A stretch of 64,000 bases of DNA from Octopus sinensis (Eukaryota): positions 41,416,001-41,480,000 of the forward strand of contig NC_043003.1 of the NCBI RefSeq assembly GCF_006345805.1, given 5' to 3'. The translations under genes were made by a program, and so were the position numbers. The notes beneath the pieces are model-generated. The model was not told the origin of the DNA. It saw nothing but the letters and a program-made list of their open reading frames with translations, and ran no database searches. Of the stretch, positions 1 to 12,473 are shown piece by piece. Position 1 is the first letter of the stretch, and every line of letters starts with the position of its first letter.

Positions 1-85
1 TCAAGAACGCAACACATAAGGCGGCGCAGAAAACGAAACCACAATCCTACGTTGCTGAGTGCAATACCTAACTACAAAGCTGCAC
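1..85 (-). mobile_element. Degenerate tRNA-derived SINE head, truncated by the window edge
   Basis: Resembles the SINE head at 56830-56915 (tcaagaac.caa...cgaa..cacaatc..acg...taac.ac). Confidence 0.45.
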
Positions 86-204
86 ACCACTACCCTGATT
101 CACATGCAAACACATACAGAAACAGGTACACACAGTCACAACCACACACACACATACACGCACACATACACACACACATACACGCACACATACACACACA
201 CATA

Positions 205-330
205 GTCCGTCTTTTTGTCTCTCCATCTTTTCGGTCCCATTTTTGGTCGAAGAACATAGGCTCGAAACTTCATAAACTTTTCCATAAAAACGCCCACCGA
301 ATTTCTGCTTCTCTAAAACAATATTCTTTT
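205..330 (+). repeat. Copy of a microsatellite-flanked repeat with a hammerhead-like hairpin (family also at 21322-21520 and 51565-51775)
   Basis: gtcgaagaacataggctcgaaac at 246-268 matches gtcgaagagcataggctcgaaacgtaaaagac at 51656-51687. Confidence 0.55.
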
Positions 331-1792
331 TTTTCCAACAGAAAAAACAAAACGAGGTATTGAACCTCTCACGACAGTTTTAAAAATTATTGGACATTAC
401 AAATGATAACATGCAATAACATAGAATAAAATATTGAATATACAATCAACACTAGTCCATTTACAAATGAGGCACTGAGCCTCTTACGCTTTATAACACT
501 GAGGCTTTTCAACCTCTTGTCAATTTTCCACCTCATCATCACTTGTGTCAGTGTACTCCACCATCACCCATGCTTGTTTTAAAATCAAGGCGAGCTCCGA
601 GTTGGCGTCACCCGGCCACGAGCGATATTCCACTTTTAGTCCCTCCAGCCTATGTAACACGCGCAACGTTATGACCTCCACAGCTATCTGCGGAGGCCAT
701 TGGGATCCCGTGTGAAGGCCATAGCTACTCTCTCGTAGTGTTCTTCCTCCACATTTTCCACATCTCTGCCGCTATAAAAGAAGACCAACAGTTCTTTGTC
801 CTCCGGGTCCGAGGGTGCCAATTCTACCGTTGGCGACACACTTCCAGCTAATGGTGTCTCCCCCCGCCCCCGACGGTGGCACAACCGACGAAGCTCCGGG
901 ACACTCCGGGACATTCCGGGGCCATGTCTCCGACTGCCAGCAATGTCCTGTTTCTTTTCCTCTTCTTTTTTCTTCTCGACTGGGGGTGTGTGCGTCTCCT
1001 GCGTGACCATGAGATTCGCCTCCCCTCCTTCATCCGCAGGATCCTTCGGAGAACACCCATTTTTGCTCTTTTGCGGCTCTTGTTTGAGGAGTCTTCCGTC
1101 TCCTCGGCCGCCTTCATTCCCTCCTCTACAGAGGTCATCGTCAACTGCTCCAGGATATTCCTTTGCCCTTGAGGATAGTACTTTTTTATATGGCAGTACT
1201 TTTTTATATGGAACCGATGACACTTGGGGCGGGGGCGTCCCTCAAGATTCACCGGATACCTAGAACCGGCCATTCTCTAAAAGTCTGGAAACACCAGACT
1301 TTCGGCTGACTGGGTCCATAGGGTGAAAATAGCTTTTGACCCCTCCCAGTCAGCCGCAGGCAGAATATTTACGCTGAGAAGCTTGGTGCTACTGCCATGT
1401 GGACGCCGGCGGATAGTATCTCCTATCCACTCGGGCTCATCTCCAGGTGGCATGCCGCAATCCCACGCCCTCCTCAACTTTTTCCCACAATAAGTGGGAA
1501 GAAACAAAATCTCAATTCCCTCCAGGGGCTGGCTCGCAAATTCACAAACCACTTCTGGGAAGTCAAACAGCGACCACACGGTTGCGTATTTTCCCCCCTC
1601 CCCCGAGAGATAAACTTATATCGCTGGCTTAAATTCTGCCAGCTCTGTTTCGGTTGTATCCTTTCTTAAAACGGTAATGGCGTCGAGGTTCTTAGAGTAG
1701 GTCTTCTATACCACCGCCTTACTTTCAAGTTCTTTTAACCAACTTTTGGGTGCTGTAATTTTCCACTCCACCAACTTTCCATTATTTGTCAT
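330..1792 (-). mobile_element. Decayed L1/Tx1-type ORF1 (gag-like) with 3' UTR and no ORF2
   Basis: ATG at 1792 (MTNNGKLVEW...), with stops and frameshifts. ...FLPTYCGKK...PPG.EPEWI...LLSV...DW...YPVNLEGRPRPKCHR..HIKKYC looks like an RRM-like region plus a damaged CCHC knuckle, then a K/E-rich tail. Homologous to the ORF1 piece at 63770-64000, which is fused to an L1-like ORF2 linker. Confidence 0.6.
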
Positions 1793-2804
1793 GTTTTTTT
1801 AAAAGAAGTCCAAAAATGCAATTCTTATAATACAAAATAATCAAGGAAAAAGAAGGAAGATAAAAAATACCAAACAAAAAAGGAGAAAAAATAACAGTTC
1901 AATAAAGAGTTCTTTTTTGTTAAATAAAAGATATTATGTACACACACTCATATGTCTCCTCTCACGTGACCGTCGGTCAACTAGCCTTTTGGCTTCCGAC
2001 CACCGCCACGACACATCGATTTCTTCGTCTGCCGCCAAGGCATTTTTTTCCAAATACGCCAGCTAAGCTTCGTCGAACTGTCTAAAGTCGTAAGACACCC
2101 GTTGTTTTTGTCCTGCTATTACTATTATCGTTTTTTGTATTTTTATTCGTGTGGCATCGTCCGTATACATTCGATCCCTTTTCCAAGAAATCTAATGCTC
2201 GTAGCTTAGTTTTTCCTTGGGGCTGGCCGGATCGGAGCGATCTCAAGAATGTCCCGTCCGTGTTTTTTGTATCGTCTTCTAAATGTTTTACGTTCTTGTC
2301 CCAGTTTGTATTTTTTTACACACTCATAAAACTTACAATTATTTCGGCATTCACCAGTAATGATCAGTTACACTGCTGAATAGAACATGCCGAACCCATA
2401 ACTTTGCGAAGAAAACTTCATAGTATTTGCAATTTGGATAATTTAATTAGTAGTACTAAACTGAAATGGCTACTGTAATTTGCCATTCCTGCCTCAGTAA
2501 GTGGCGGGATTAATTACTTAATACAATATATTTGTGGACTAACAGTTTGTATTACAGAAACGAAGATCAATGTAATGTAGTTAAAGTGTGGTAGGCAAAC
2601 GAACATGGGATTTGTTTCAGAATATAAAGTGTCATATTAACTACTGACGTCTCTTCATCATTAGCATCAAGATCTATATATTGTCTTTCTCCTGCTCCTC
2701 GGCGTTCGCTTCCTGATCTTTATCATCGTTCTAGTCTCATTATAGAACTCAAAAGCATGTTCGTTGCGAAAAACGTCGACATCTTTAGATTCAAGAGCAT
2801 ATTT

Positions 2805-2992
2805 CTCATCATCATCATCATCAATATCAATGTGATCTTCATCATCATCACCATCACCACCACCACCACCATCACTACCATCATCACCATTACTACCACT
2901 ACCACCGCCACCATCATCATCATCATCATCACAAATTCCACACCACCACCATCACCAACACCACTACCATCTTCATCATCTTCATCATCAAT
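2805..2992. repeat. (CAT/CAC)n compound trinucleotide microsatellite
   Basis: Directly visible. Confidence 0.9.
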
Positions 2993-3319
2993 AAATAGTT
3001 CCTCGTGTCATAAGGTACATTGCGGTTTCTTTCAGAAATTTCGCTACTTACCATCTATTGTTTTTTTCTTTTTTTGTTCTTTGTAAAAATTTCTCTCTCT
3101 CTGTTTGTTTCATATTTTTCTTTCCGTCTTCATGAAACAAAACATTCTTGAACTTCACTCTGAACTTTGCCATACTAAACATAATTTGGTAAATCGCTAA
3201 ATCAGCTTACGGTTACGTCTTAGTAATTAATAAATTACATTTCTAATGAAACAAATTTTTTATATAGAAAACACAGCAGTAATATTTGCCCCTAAAGACA
3301 GCATGGAAATATAAAAATA

Positions 3320-3400
3320 TATTAATAATAATAATAATAATATAATAATAATAATAATAACACAATTACAACAATGATAATATAATAAATAGTATTAAGT

Positions 3401-3459
<59 letters not shown>

Positions 3460-3670
3460 GGTAGAAGTAGTAGTCGTAGTAGTAGTAGTAGTAGTAGTAG
3501 TAATGGTAGTAGTAGTAGTAGTAGTAGTAATAGTAGTAGTAGTAGTAGTAGTAGCAGCAGCAGCAGCAGTAGCAGTAGCAGTAGTAGCAGTAGTAGTAGT
3601 AGTAGTAGAGTAGTAGTAGTAGTAATAATAATAATATTAATAATAATAATAATGATAATAATGATAAACA
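3320..3670. repeat. (AAT)n/(TAG)n/(CAG)n compound microsatellite
   Basis: Directly visible. Confidence 0.95.
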
Positions 3671-4368
3671 GTAGCGAAAGAGAAATATCAATTGAGATAC
3701 AGTGTGTTTGGGTAATGACGAAAATGATGGTTTTAATGATGATGATGATGATGAGGAGAAGCAGGAAGAGAAGTAGGAGGAGGAAGAGATGATGGTATCG
3801 GAGGTGGTGATAGTGGTGGTTGTGGAAGTGATGGTGGTCGTGGAAGTGATGGTGGTCGTGGTATTTGTAGAGGAGGTGGTGATAACTGGAGATAAGGAGG
3901 AAGGTAACAATATTTGCACAAGTTTCCGCTTGAAGTGGAATGATCTAAGGTGTTGCTAACGTTATTTCATTTGAATTAATCAACAGGTAAATTTTCACTT
4001 TCAGTCCGGAAAAACAAATACACAAACACCACCATACACATACTAACTCATACGAGCAGTAACGACACACCTAATACAATGTGTATTCGTATTTATATTT
4101 CTTTCCTGAAGCACATAAAATCATTCACGAGCAATCATAGAAAGGCAAAAACAAACACAACTTACCGACATGGACAAACACAAATATTGCGCATATTTGT
4201 ATTTATGATCATAAGTATAACCAATAAATTTCACGATAAATACCTGTGTGTATATGTGCCAGTGTGTGTGTGCGTGTACATGTATATATGTAGATATATA
4301 CACATATGGTACTTATGGAGATATGTATATGTATATATATATATGTGCATGTGTGTTACACACGTTCT

Positions 4369-4399
<31 letters not shown>

Positions 4400-4544
4400 T
4401 GTAAATATATGTATATATATATACATACATACATATATATATATGTGTATGTATATATACATCATATATACATGTATACATATGTGTCTGTATGTATGTA
4501 TATATACATACGGTGCTTACGCAGACACACACACACACTCACAC

Positions 4545-4576
<32 letters not shown>

Positions 4577-5065
4577 GTATATGTAAACAAGAGTATATAT
4601 ATATACATGTACGTATGCATAAGAAGTTATACAGATTTAGTGACGATATAACCATTCGCCTGCAAAACCTCACACAGCGCCCACGTATACCCACATACAC
4701 ATGAACACACCAATACTCAGTAACAATTACTCAAATATGCATACGCATATACAAACAAATCATAAGCATGCATTCATACATACCTTATTTTGATGCATTT
4801 AATGTTACTCTAGGCAAATTCAACCACAATAAAATTACCGTACGCACTTTTCATATCTGTGTGTGATTGTGTGTATATATATATATATATACAAGATATA
4901 ACATAATATATATATATATATATCTATGCATATTTATGATATTATTATACCGTATGTAAACATACACATTATATAAAATGTGTGAGTGTGTGTCTGTGCG
5001 CGTATATACGTATAAATACAGTGCAATAAACTTACACGTATGTATTATGTGTGTGTATATATATA

Positions 5066-5119
<54 letters not shown>

Positions 5120-5240
5120 TATATATATATATACACATACACACCCACCCACACGCATATATATGTATTTATATATATACATATTATTTATGCATACATA
5201 TATACATATACATACATACATGCATATAAGTACGTACGTG

Positions 5241-5288
<48 letters not shown>

Positions 5289-5579
5289 ATTCCTATATGT
5301 ACATCTTTCTAATTGTGTAAATATAACAAAATTAAAGATTAGACAGAGCAGCATCTTAAAAAAGCTGACGGCGGGTGTCTTTCAATAGATGAACCGGTAC
5401 AATTTTTAGAAAATAATTATATTACATACGATAGAAACAAGCACGTAGTTATTGATTGATCCATTTTGAGTTATAGATGTCACAGATATTAAAAGCCGAT
5501 CGAATCTTACAATCAATCAAAGTCTATTTCCTTATGAACAAATAAATACGTAAACCATATATATATATATAATATATAT

Positions 5580-5625
<46 letters not shown>

Positions 5626-5916
5626 TGTATATGCTATATAATGAAATATTGTTTTGCATAGATGAACTTCCTTCAGTGCAACAATTGTATATACGCTGTA
5701 AATTGCAGTGCACCTTGTAGTTTATCAGATTTAAATTGTCGCTAATAGATTGACGTCTTGAAGGCATATGCAATTATATTTTGCGAATGTATTTGTTTTT
5801 ATGTATTTATGAATGATGATGAAACATGCGAACATGTATGCATACTGGAATGTAGGTACTTTTACATACACATATAATACACATACATACATGATAAAAA
5901 CACAAAATCTAACTAT

Positions 5917-5953
<37 letters not shown>

Positions 5954-6084
5954 AAAGTACCTACATTCCAGTATGCATATATGTACGCATGCACACACGA
6001 AACCATAGCCACAGACATGTGCACACACGAATATATGAGAGTTTGCAAGTCTGTATATACTGTATGTATGTATGTATGTCTAAG

Positions 6085-6125
<41 letters not shown>

Positions 6126-6128
<3 letters not shown>

Positions 6129-6770
6129 CAATAATAATAAAGGGCAAAATTAATTAATTAATTAGTAATTAATAATTTTACCAAGTAGCGTTCAGTATGT
6201 AAAGGGACCATTTACGGTAAAGTTAAACATTACTTTATATAATTAGAGTTCAGCAAAAAAATTTGCTTTACCACATACCGAACTTTTAGAAATAGCAGCC
6301 AAAAAATTTAGCTATTTCTTCCACTATAAGAAGAGTCTCCCAGACAATGTATGCTCAGAAATAATTCACGCTGGCATAGAGGGAAAAATAACGAAAGTTC
6401 ACTCGAAATTAGATCACTCGTGAACGCGTTTCTGGGTTAGTCAGATATAGAGATGCTAGAAATACATCCCTATTCTAACATTCCCGTCATCAGCACAGAG
6501 ATTTCATTAAATTTAAATTTCAGAGCACTAAAAATCGAACATACCCATCTGATTTGAGTAACCTCAGACAAACCATCTCCGACACCCAGTACTAACGATT
6601 TCAAAACATAGGAATGAGGCTCCGCATCTTCCCCTGTATTTTTGAGTATACATTGTCTGGGAGACACTTCTTACAGTGGAAGAAATAGCAAAATTTTTGG
6701 CTGCTATTTCTAAAAGTTCGGTATGTGGTAAAGCAATTTTTTTTGCTGAACCCTAATTATATAACGTAAT
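6126..6770 (-). mobile_element. (TA)n-flanked fold-back element, probably a PLE pLTR derivative
   Basis: Inverted arms ~6229-6360 and ~6640-6770 (ttaccacataccgaacttttagaaatagcagcc / ggctgctatttctaaaagttcggtatgtggtaa). The left arm has an extra ~100-bp tail ending in (TA)n. Related to 16679-17612. Confidence 0.7.
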
Positions 6771-6794
6771 ATATATATATATATATACTATACT

Positions 6795-6850
6795 TGTTCC
6801 ACGTCCTCGCGTTGTTGTGTTTTTTTGTGCTTTCTTGTTTGGATTAACTA
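6795..6850 (+). repeat. ~55-bp element terminus in (TA)n (also at 14780-14832 + and 31767-31803 -)
   Basis: ttccacgtcctcgcgttgttgtgttttttgtgctttcttgtttggattaac recurs, always abutting (TA)n. The third copy is shorter. Confidence 0.8.
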
Positions 6851-7037
6851 TTTATATATATATATATATAATATATATATATAAAATAAATATAAGAGAG
6901 TGGTCACTATATGGCTCACTCTAGCACCAGTTAATGCAAAAGGTTTCAACCACAAAAATACATGTTTCCCATGAAAGTCAGTACGATTGTTAGCTCACAC
7001 GGACAGGGCAAATAAAAAATAACAAAAATACAGATTA

Positions 7038-7119
7038 TTTTGGGACAATTGTTTCGCTATTAATGAATTAAATGTAATTTTACTTACAAAAAAATCCACT
7101 TGTAGCTCCTCAGCCAAAA
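7038..7119 (-). ncRNA. Minimal type I hammerhead ribozyme (inverted copy)
   Basis: Reverse complement of 7284-7365. Confidence 0.8.
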
Positions 7120-7283
7120 CTATCTGGATGAAATCCACTCAATCACACGCCAGATTTTCCATAACGATAAATACGCGTGTGGTTCAATTGATTACATCCG
7201 TCGGATGTAATCAATTGAACCACACGCGTATTTATCGTTATGGTAAAATCTGGCGTGTGATTGAGTGGATTTCATCCAGATAG

Positions 7284-7365
7284 TTTTGGCTGAGGAGCTA
7301 CAAGTGGATTTTTTTGTAAGTAAAATTACATTTAATTCATTAATAGCGAAACAATTGTCCCAAAA
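7284..7365 (+). ncRNA. Minimal type I hammerhead ribozyme
   Basis: ttttgg CTGAGGA gcta..(43 nt)..tagc GAAAC aatt GTC ccaaaa. 6-bp helix I, intact core, 4-bp helix II, palindromic AATT loop III, GUC cleavage triplet. Confidence 0.85.
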
Positions 7366-7702
7366 TAATCTGTATTTTTGTTATTTTTTATTTGCCCTGT
7401 CCGTGTGAGCTAACAATCGTACTGACTTTCATGGGAAACATGTATTTTTGTGGTTGAAACCTTTTGGATTAACTGGTGCTAGAGTGAGCCATATAGTGAC
7501 CACTCTCTTATATTTATTTTGTAAAAATATTATAATATATTATAAAATATTATAATAATCCAGGTTTCTCGGAGCACTAGGCCACTTGGTGTTGAATAGA
7601 TATACTATTAAATTAGTATCTAATTCTCTCACCCTTATTAATTAATTATATATATATATATATATATATGTAAGTATATATGTATGTATGTCTATCTGTA
7701 TG

Positions 7703-7736
<34 letters not shown>

Positions 7737-7876
7737 TGTATGTATGTATGTATGTATGTATGTATGTGTGTATGTATGTATATAATGTACTACTCCGTGA
7801 AGAATATTCATCAAAAAAAGCATTCCATCTGGTGAGAGATAAATATTATTTATTTAAGATCACAATGCATCTGTTA

Positions 7877-7932
7877 AAGCGTTACTAATAGTTTCATATG
7901 TTGAGAGAACTCAAACATATTCCTCAGGCTCA
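7877..7932 (-). ncRNA. Minimal hammerhead ribozyme (weak helix I); decayed inverted partner at 9126-9183
   Basis: Minus strand: gagc CTGAGGA atatgtt..aacatat GAAAC tatta GTA acgc, with a 7-bp helix II. Confidence 0.65.
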
Positions 7933-8559
7933 AACCACATGTCATAAGGAACTAAAGAAATTGAATAATAGATGAAACGCGAAATGAAATGAGAAGGCAG
8001 CATATAGAAAACGCAGACAATAAACAACGGAAAACGGAAAACGAGAAACGGAAATTAAAATGTCAAAATGAAAAGTAAAAGTTAAAAAGGTAAAAGAGCT
8101 TTCCTCCTCACACTTTAATTAATAATGTTGGAAAGATATGATGTCAATCAGGAAAAGGTGGAATTTTCCAATTCTTCAGGATATATTTATACATTTTATA
8201 CATAGGCATGAGACAAATTTGTTTGGCTGAAAGAGCGCAGATCCTGTTCAGATCTAAGATCCGTAACTCACTATTGAACTCCAAGTCAGAAATTTTCAGT
8301 GGTTGCATGCTTATGTCGAAGTGGAAAATTCCGCGTATTCCTGACTGACTTGATAATATTCCAACCTTATCATTTGAGGTCTAATGAAGATAGCTCTGTT
8401 ACCTTTTTACCTTTTATCTTTTATTTTTGATCCTTTAATCTCTGTGTTTCGCTTTTCGTTTTCTGTTGTTTACTGTCTGCAGGTTTTCTATATGCTTCCT
8501 TCCCAGTTTATTTCACGATTTTTCTAATATCCAATTTCTTTAGTTCGTGATGATACGTA

Positions 8560-9120
8560 TTGGGTTGTCTGGAATGTTCGTGCCGAATTATAGTAGCTAA
8601 CCTTCCAACTTATTTTAGAGAATGGTTGAGTCCATAAAACAGGATTTGACTACACCTCCATTTAGAACACAGTTTAAGCTATCTTTTCGTGGAAGAAGGT
8701 TTATGTTCCTATAACCTGTGTTAATTCTGTAACCCTTTGAAATGGAAGATAAGAAAGTTCATTTTCGGCACTTGATGATTTGGGAACCAGGCAAAAATTG
8801 CTGCAGCTCGTCTGGGATGTGTTACCCTACGCTCCATATTCACCAGATATTGCTCCTTAGGATTTCCACTTATTCAGGTATCTGCAGAATAGTCTTCATA
8901 GTAAAAATTTCAATTCCTTGGATGACGTAAAAAGATACCTTGATGAATTCTTTGCCATGAAACCACCTTAAATCTTGGAAGAGGGTATTTTCAAGCTAAA
9001 GGAAAGATGGAGATGCATTGTGTAATGGTTCATATTTGGTTGATTAAAAATGTAATGGCAAGTATTTATTGACCTTTTTCTTTCCTTTAAAAATCGACAC
9101 GAACTTTCCGGACAACCCAT
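8560..9120 (+). mobile_element. Internally deleted mariner transposon
   Basis: TIRs ttgggttgtctggaatgttcgtgccga / tcgacacgaactttccggacaaccca, with TA at left. N-terminus MEDKKVHFRHLMIWE is joined to the C-terminal WDVLPYAPYSPDIAP*DFHLF...KLKERW. Confidence 0.9.
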
Positions 9121-9587
9121 TTGTTTGTGCCTGAAGGATATGTTTGAGTTCTCTCAACATAAGAAAATATTAATAGCGCTTTAATACATGTATTGTGACC
9201 TTAGATAAATAAATTATATATATATGTTTATATATATATATCAGAAGGATGTGTTATAATACTATTCCACAACCATACCAACAATTCAATGTACCGCTAT
9301 CATCTACTGCCCCACGAATATCATTATGCTTTTGACACCTGGGCAATATATTAATATCGATATATACTAGAGTTAGTCAAAAAGTGTCCGACCTTGATAT
9401 TTTGGGCACAAAATAATAACATTTATTAAATATCTCTCTCTCTCTATATATATATATAGATATATGCAAAATACTTATATAATCAAACGTTGAAGCGGTG
9501 AAAAATTTCATGTTTTACAGGGAATAAAGGGAAATTCGAATTCAGAATATCTGTGAAAACAACTTAGAAGATCGGTGCAAAGATCTA

Positions 9588-10380
9588 TACATGTGGGTAG
9601 CCAAAAGAAACTGGAACGCTGCAATAATATGTCATTCACTTAGTTTTACATGTATACACTTCTATCGCCTTCAAAATATCCTCCCTCTATTTGAAGCAAT
9701 GCATCAGTCCACAGTTCAAAGCAGTGATGCCATTTAATGCTTCCGTCGTTTGTTTTTTCATTTCTTCCACATCTGCACATCCCGTAGCACCAGCTTTCAT
9801 CATCAGTGATGATTTGCGAGAAAAGGTCTGGATCGACTGCCAACAGTTCTTTTAGTTCAATACGCGCATTCATCCGTGACTGCTTTACATTTTCCATGAG
9901 CAAGCGAGGCATAAGTTTTGCTGCGACTCTTTTCTCATTCGTTGGCAGGAGCTCCAGCGTACACCAGTCATAACAACATGTTCATCAATTGTTCGGTGAC
10001 GGTCCTCCAATATCAGTTCATGAATTTTCTTGATGTTATCATTCGTCCGGGAGAACGAGAGTCGCCATGAACGATGTTGGTTTTCAAGCAACAATTGACC
10101 ATTTCTAAAGCGTGAAAACAACTCGTTAACTTCTTTTGCGCATGGCAGCGTCCTTGTTAACTGTTTGAAGCATGAGAACTGTTTCGGCCGCTTTCCCCAT
10201 CAGAAAACAGAATTTTATGGAAGCACTATGTATTATGCATGTATGTATGTATGTATGTATGTATGTATGTATGTATGTATGTATGTATGTAGTATGTATG
10301 TATGTATGTATACACGCATATGCATTGTGTTCTATTTTCGATATGACCAAAAGAATGATGCACATAGATATGTGTAGTGA
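9588..10380 (-). mobile_element. Decayed mariner transposase relic
   Basis: IKFCFLMGKAAETVLML (HTH), FSRFRNG..LENQHRS, ELILEDRHRTI, DPDLFSQIITDDESWCYG (first catalytic D), C-terminal EGGYFEGD. Frameshifted, deleted and interrupted by (TATG)n. Confidence 0.8.
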
Positions 10381-10786
10381 GTAAGTGCCTTGTCTTGCAC
10401 TAGATACACTTTAATGAACTTTGAGGTAGAACGATGTGAGAACTTTGAAGACCACGCGCTCGCCCAGTTTCTGTTGCTTTAAATGTTGCAAATGTTCTCT
10501 AGGGAGGGAAGGAGAACGGAGAGAAATGGAGATTAGAACGGACAGCAGTGTATTTATAACGAAAGGTTGAAAATGAAACTTTAATGTGTAGGTATTTAAA
10601 ATTAGCACGCAATGAAGCGAATAAATAATTAAAGTAATTTAACCTGCCGGTCTAGTGGCTCTGCCATCTCGCTGCCATTCAGAAAATGGGCTTTGAGTTA
10701 TGGGGAAAAGAAATTGAATTGCTTTTAAAAATGAGAAGAGCAAAAAGGGAAAATGATTATGATAACAATGATGAATCCAAGCGTGC

Positions 10787-10934
10787 GTGTGTGGTAAGAA
10801 GCTTGCTTCCCAACCACATGCGTAGCACTTTGGGGAAGTGTCTTGTGCTGTAGCCTCAGGCTGACGATAGCCTTGTGGGTGGATTTGGTAGGTGGAAACT
10901 GACAGAAGCCCGTCGTATATATGTATGTGTGTGG

Positions 10935-10991
<57 letters not shown>

Positions 10992-11205
10992 TGTGTGTTT
11001 GTGTGTCTGTGTATGTTCCCCAACCATTGCTTGATAAATGATATTGGTCTATTTACGTCCCAGTAAATAACCGTTTCGGCAAGAGATCCTGATAGAATGA
11101 GTGCTAGGCTAACAAAGAATAAGTCCTGAGATCGATTTGTTCGACTAAAGATAGTGCTCCAGAATGACCGCAGTCCAATTACTGAAACAAGAAAAATAAT
11201 AAAAA
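10787..11205 (+). mobile_element. tRNA-derived SINE, family A, with internal (TG)n
   Basis: gtgtggtaagaagcttgcttcccaaccacatg...ggatttggtag..ggaaactga...tgctccag.atgaccgcagtc.aa.tactgaaacaag; same family as 47494-47923. Confidence 0.85.
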
Positions 11206-12030
11206 GTTCCAAGTTGTAGTTTTTGATCCCTGTGTTGCACTAAAGGAACTGAGATATTTGCGTAGGGACAAATTGTTTGAAGAATATTTAAAATTTCTGG
11301 TGGGCCTTTTTTTATGAGAAATTTGTAAATTTTAACATCATGCATAATTATGTCACGGAAAAAATTTAGAAAGGAAAAAAAAACTCATTTGGAATAACCT
11401 TGCAAATTCAAACTTTAATTTTCAAAACACACATCCTCCCAACCATGCATACATTTATACACACACACACATACGTACCTATACTACTTATATATATATG
11501 TTTGTGTGTGTTTATATATATATATATGTAAGTAAGTATATTTGTATACATCTATAGTTTTATATGCGTGTATCTATGAGTGTATGTCAGCTTATGCAGC
11601 TGTGTGGGGGGTCGGTAGTGTGTGCACGCGTGTGTGTATGCATGTGTGTATATGAATGTGGGTGAGTGTGTGTATGCGTGCACACGTGCGTGTCCGTGTC
11701 CGAGTTTGTGATTCGAATTCACGACAACATCCGTTATTAACAGGACTTGAATTCGAAAATTTTCGTCAGAAAATATTCAGATTCTCTAGCATTTCATCGG
11801 TTCTGTAGAGCTTATGCCTCTATATGAACGTTACACACTTACGCATACGCACACAAACAAACACAAAACGCACGCGCGCACACAAACACACGTACCTACA
11901 CACATAGACGCATAACCTGGAAACATTTTACAAGATTTTAAGAAAGAAATGACATGCACTTCCCATATATAATATATTTGCATGTATATACGTAAGCTTT
12001 TAAGAATGATGGTATACTCTCTCTCTCTTT

Positions 12031-12248
12031 TACTCTTTTACTTGTTTCAGTCATTTGACTGCGACCATGCTGGAGCACCGTTTTAAGTCGAGCAAGTCGA
12101 CCCCAGGACTTATTCTTTGTAAGCCTGGTACTTATTCTATCGGACTCTTTTGCCGAACCGCTAAGTTACGGGGACGTAAACACACCAGCATCGGTTCTCA
12201 AGCGATATTGGGGGGACAAACACAAACACACACACACACACACACGCG

Positions 12249-12283
<35 letters not shown>

Positions 12284-12473
12284 GTATATATATACATACA
12301 TACATGTATACGATGGGCGTCTTTCAGTTTCCGTCTACCAAATCCACTCACAAGGCTTTGGTCGGACAGAGGCTATAGTAGAAGACACTTGCCCAAGTTG
12401 CCACGCAGTGAGAATGAACTCGCAACGATGTGGTTGGTAAGAAAGCTACTTACCACACAGCCACTTCTGCGCC
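12031..12473 (-). mobile_element. tRNA-derived SINE, family A, full length
   Basis: Collinear with 47494-47923; A-box TGGCTGTGTGG on the minus strand; internal (CA)/(TA) tract. Confidence 0.9.

Larger units (their letters stand above)
6883..7650 (+). mobile_element. Near-perfect ~640-bp palindrome (arms 6883-7200 and 7202-7520) plus 3' tail; PLE pLTR fold-back
   Basis: Centre attacatccg-t-cggatgtaat. Arms differ by about one substitution and one indel. The right arm continues ~130 bp to (TA)n. A hammerhead lies in each arm. Confidence 0.85.
7790..9216 (-). mobile_element. Old fold-back PLE derivative whose right arm is interrupted by a mariner
   Basis: Diverged inverted arms ~7840-8170 versus ~8320-8557 plus 9121-9216. 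Hammerhead in each arm; TA/TATG flanks. Confidence 0.7.

Noticed and set aside
684-1263. Overlapping plus- and minus-strand ORFs as a host gene
   Set aside because: Explained as frameshifted pieces and antisense shadows of the decayed LINE ORF1.
5360-5410. Hammerhead-like ctgacgg...gaaccggta
   Set aside because: A9 is changed, GAAA is incomplete and there is no helix II; at most a heavily decayed relic.
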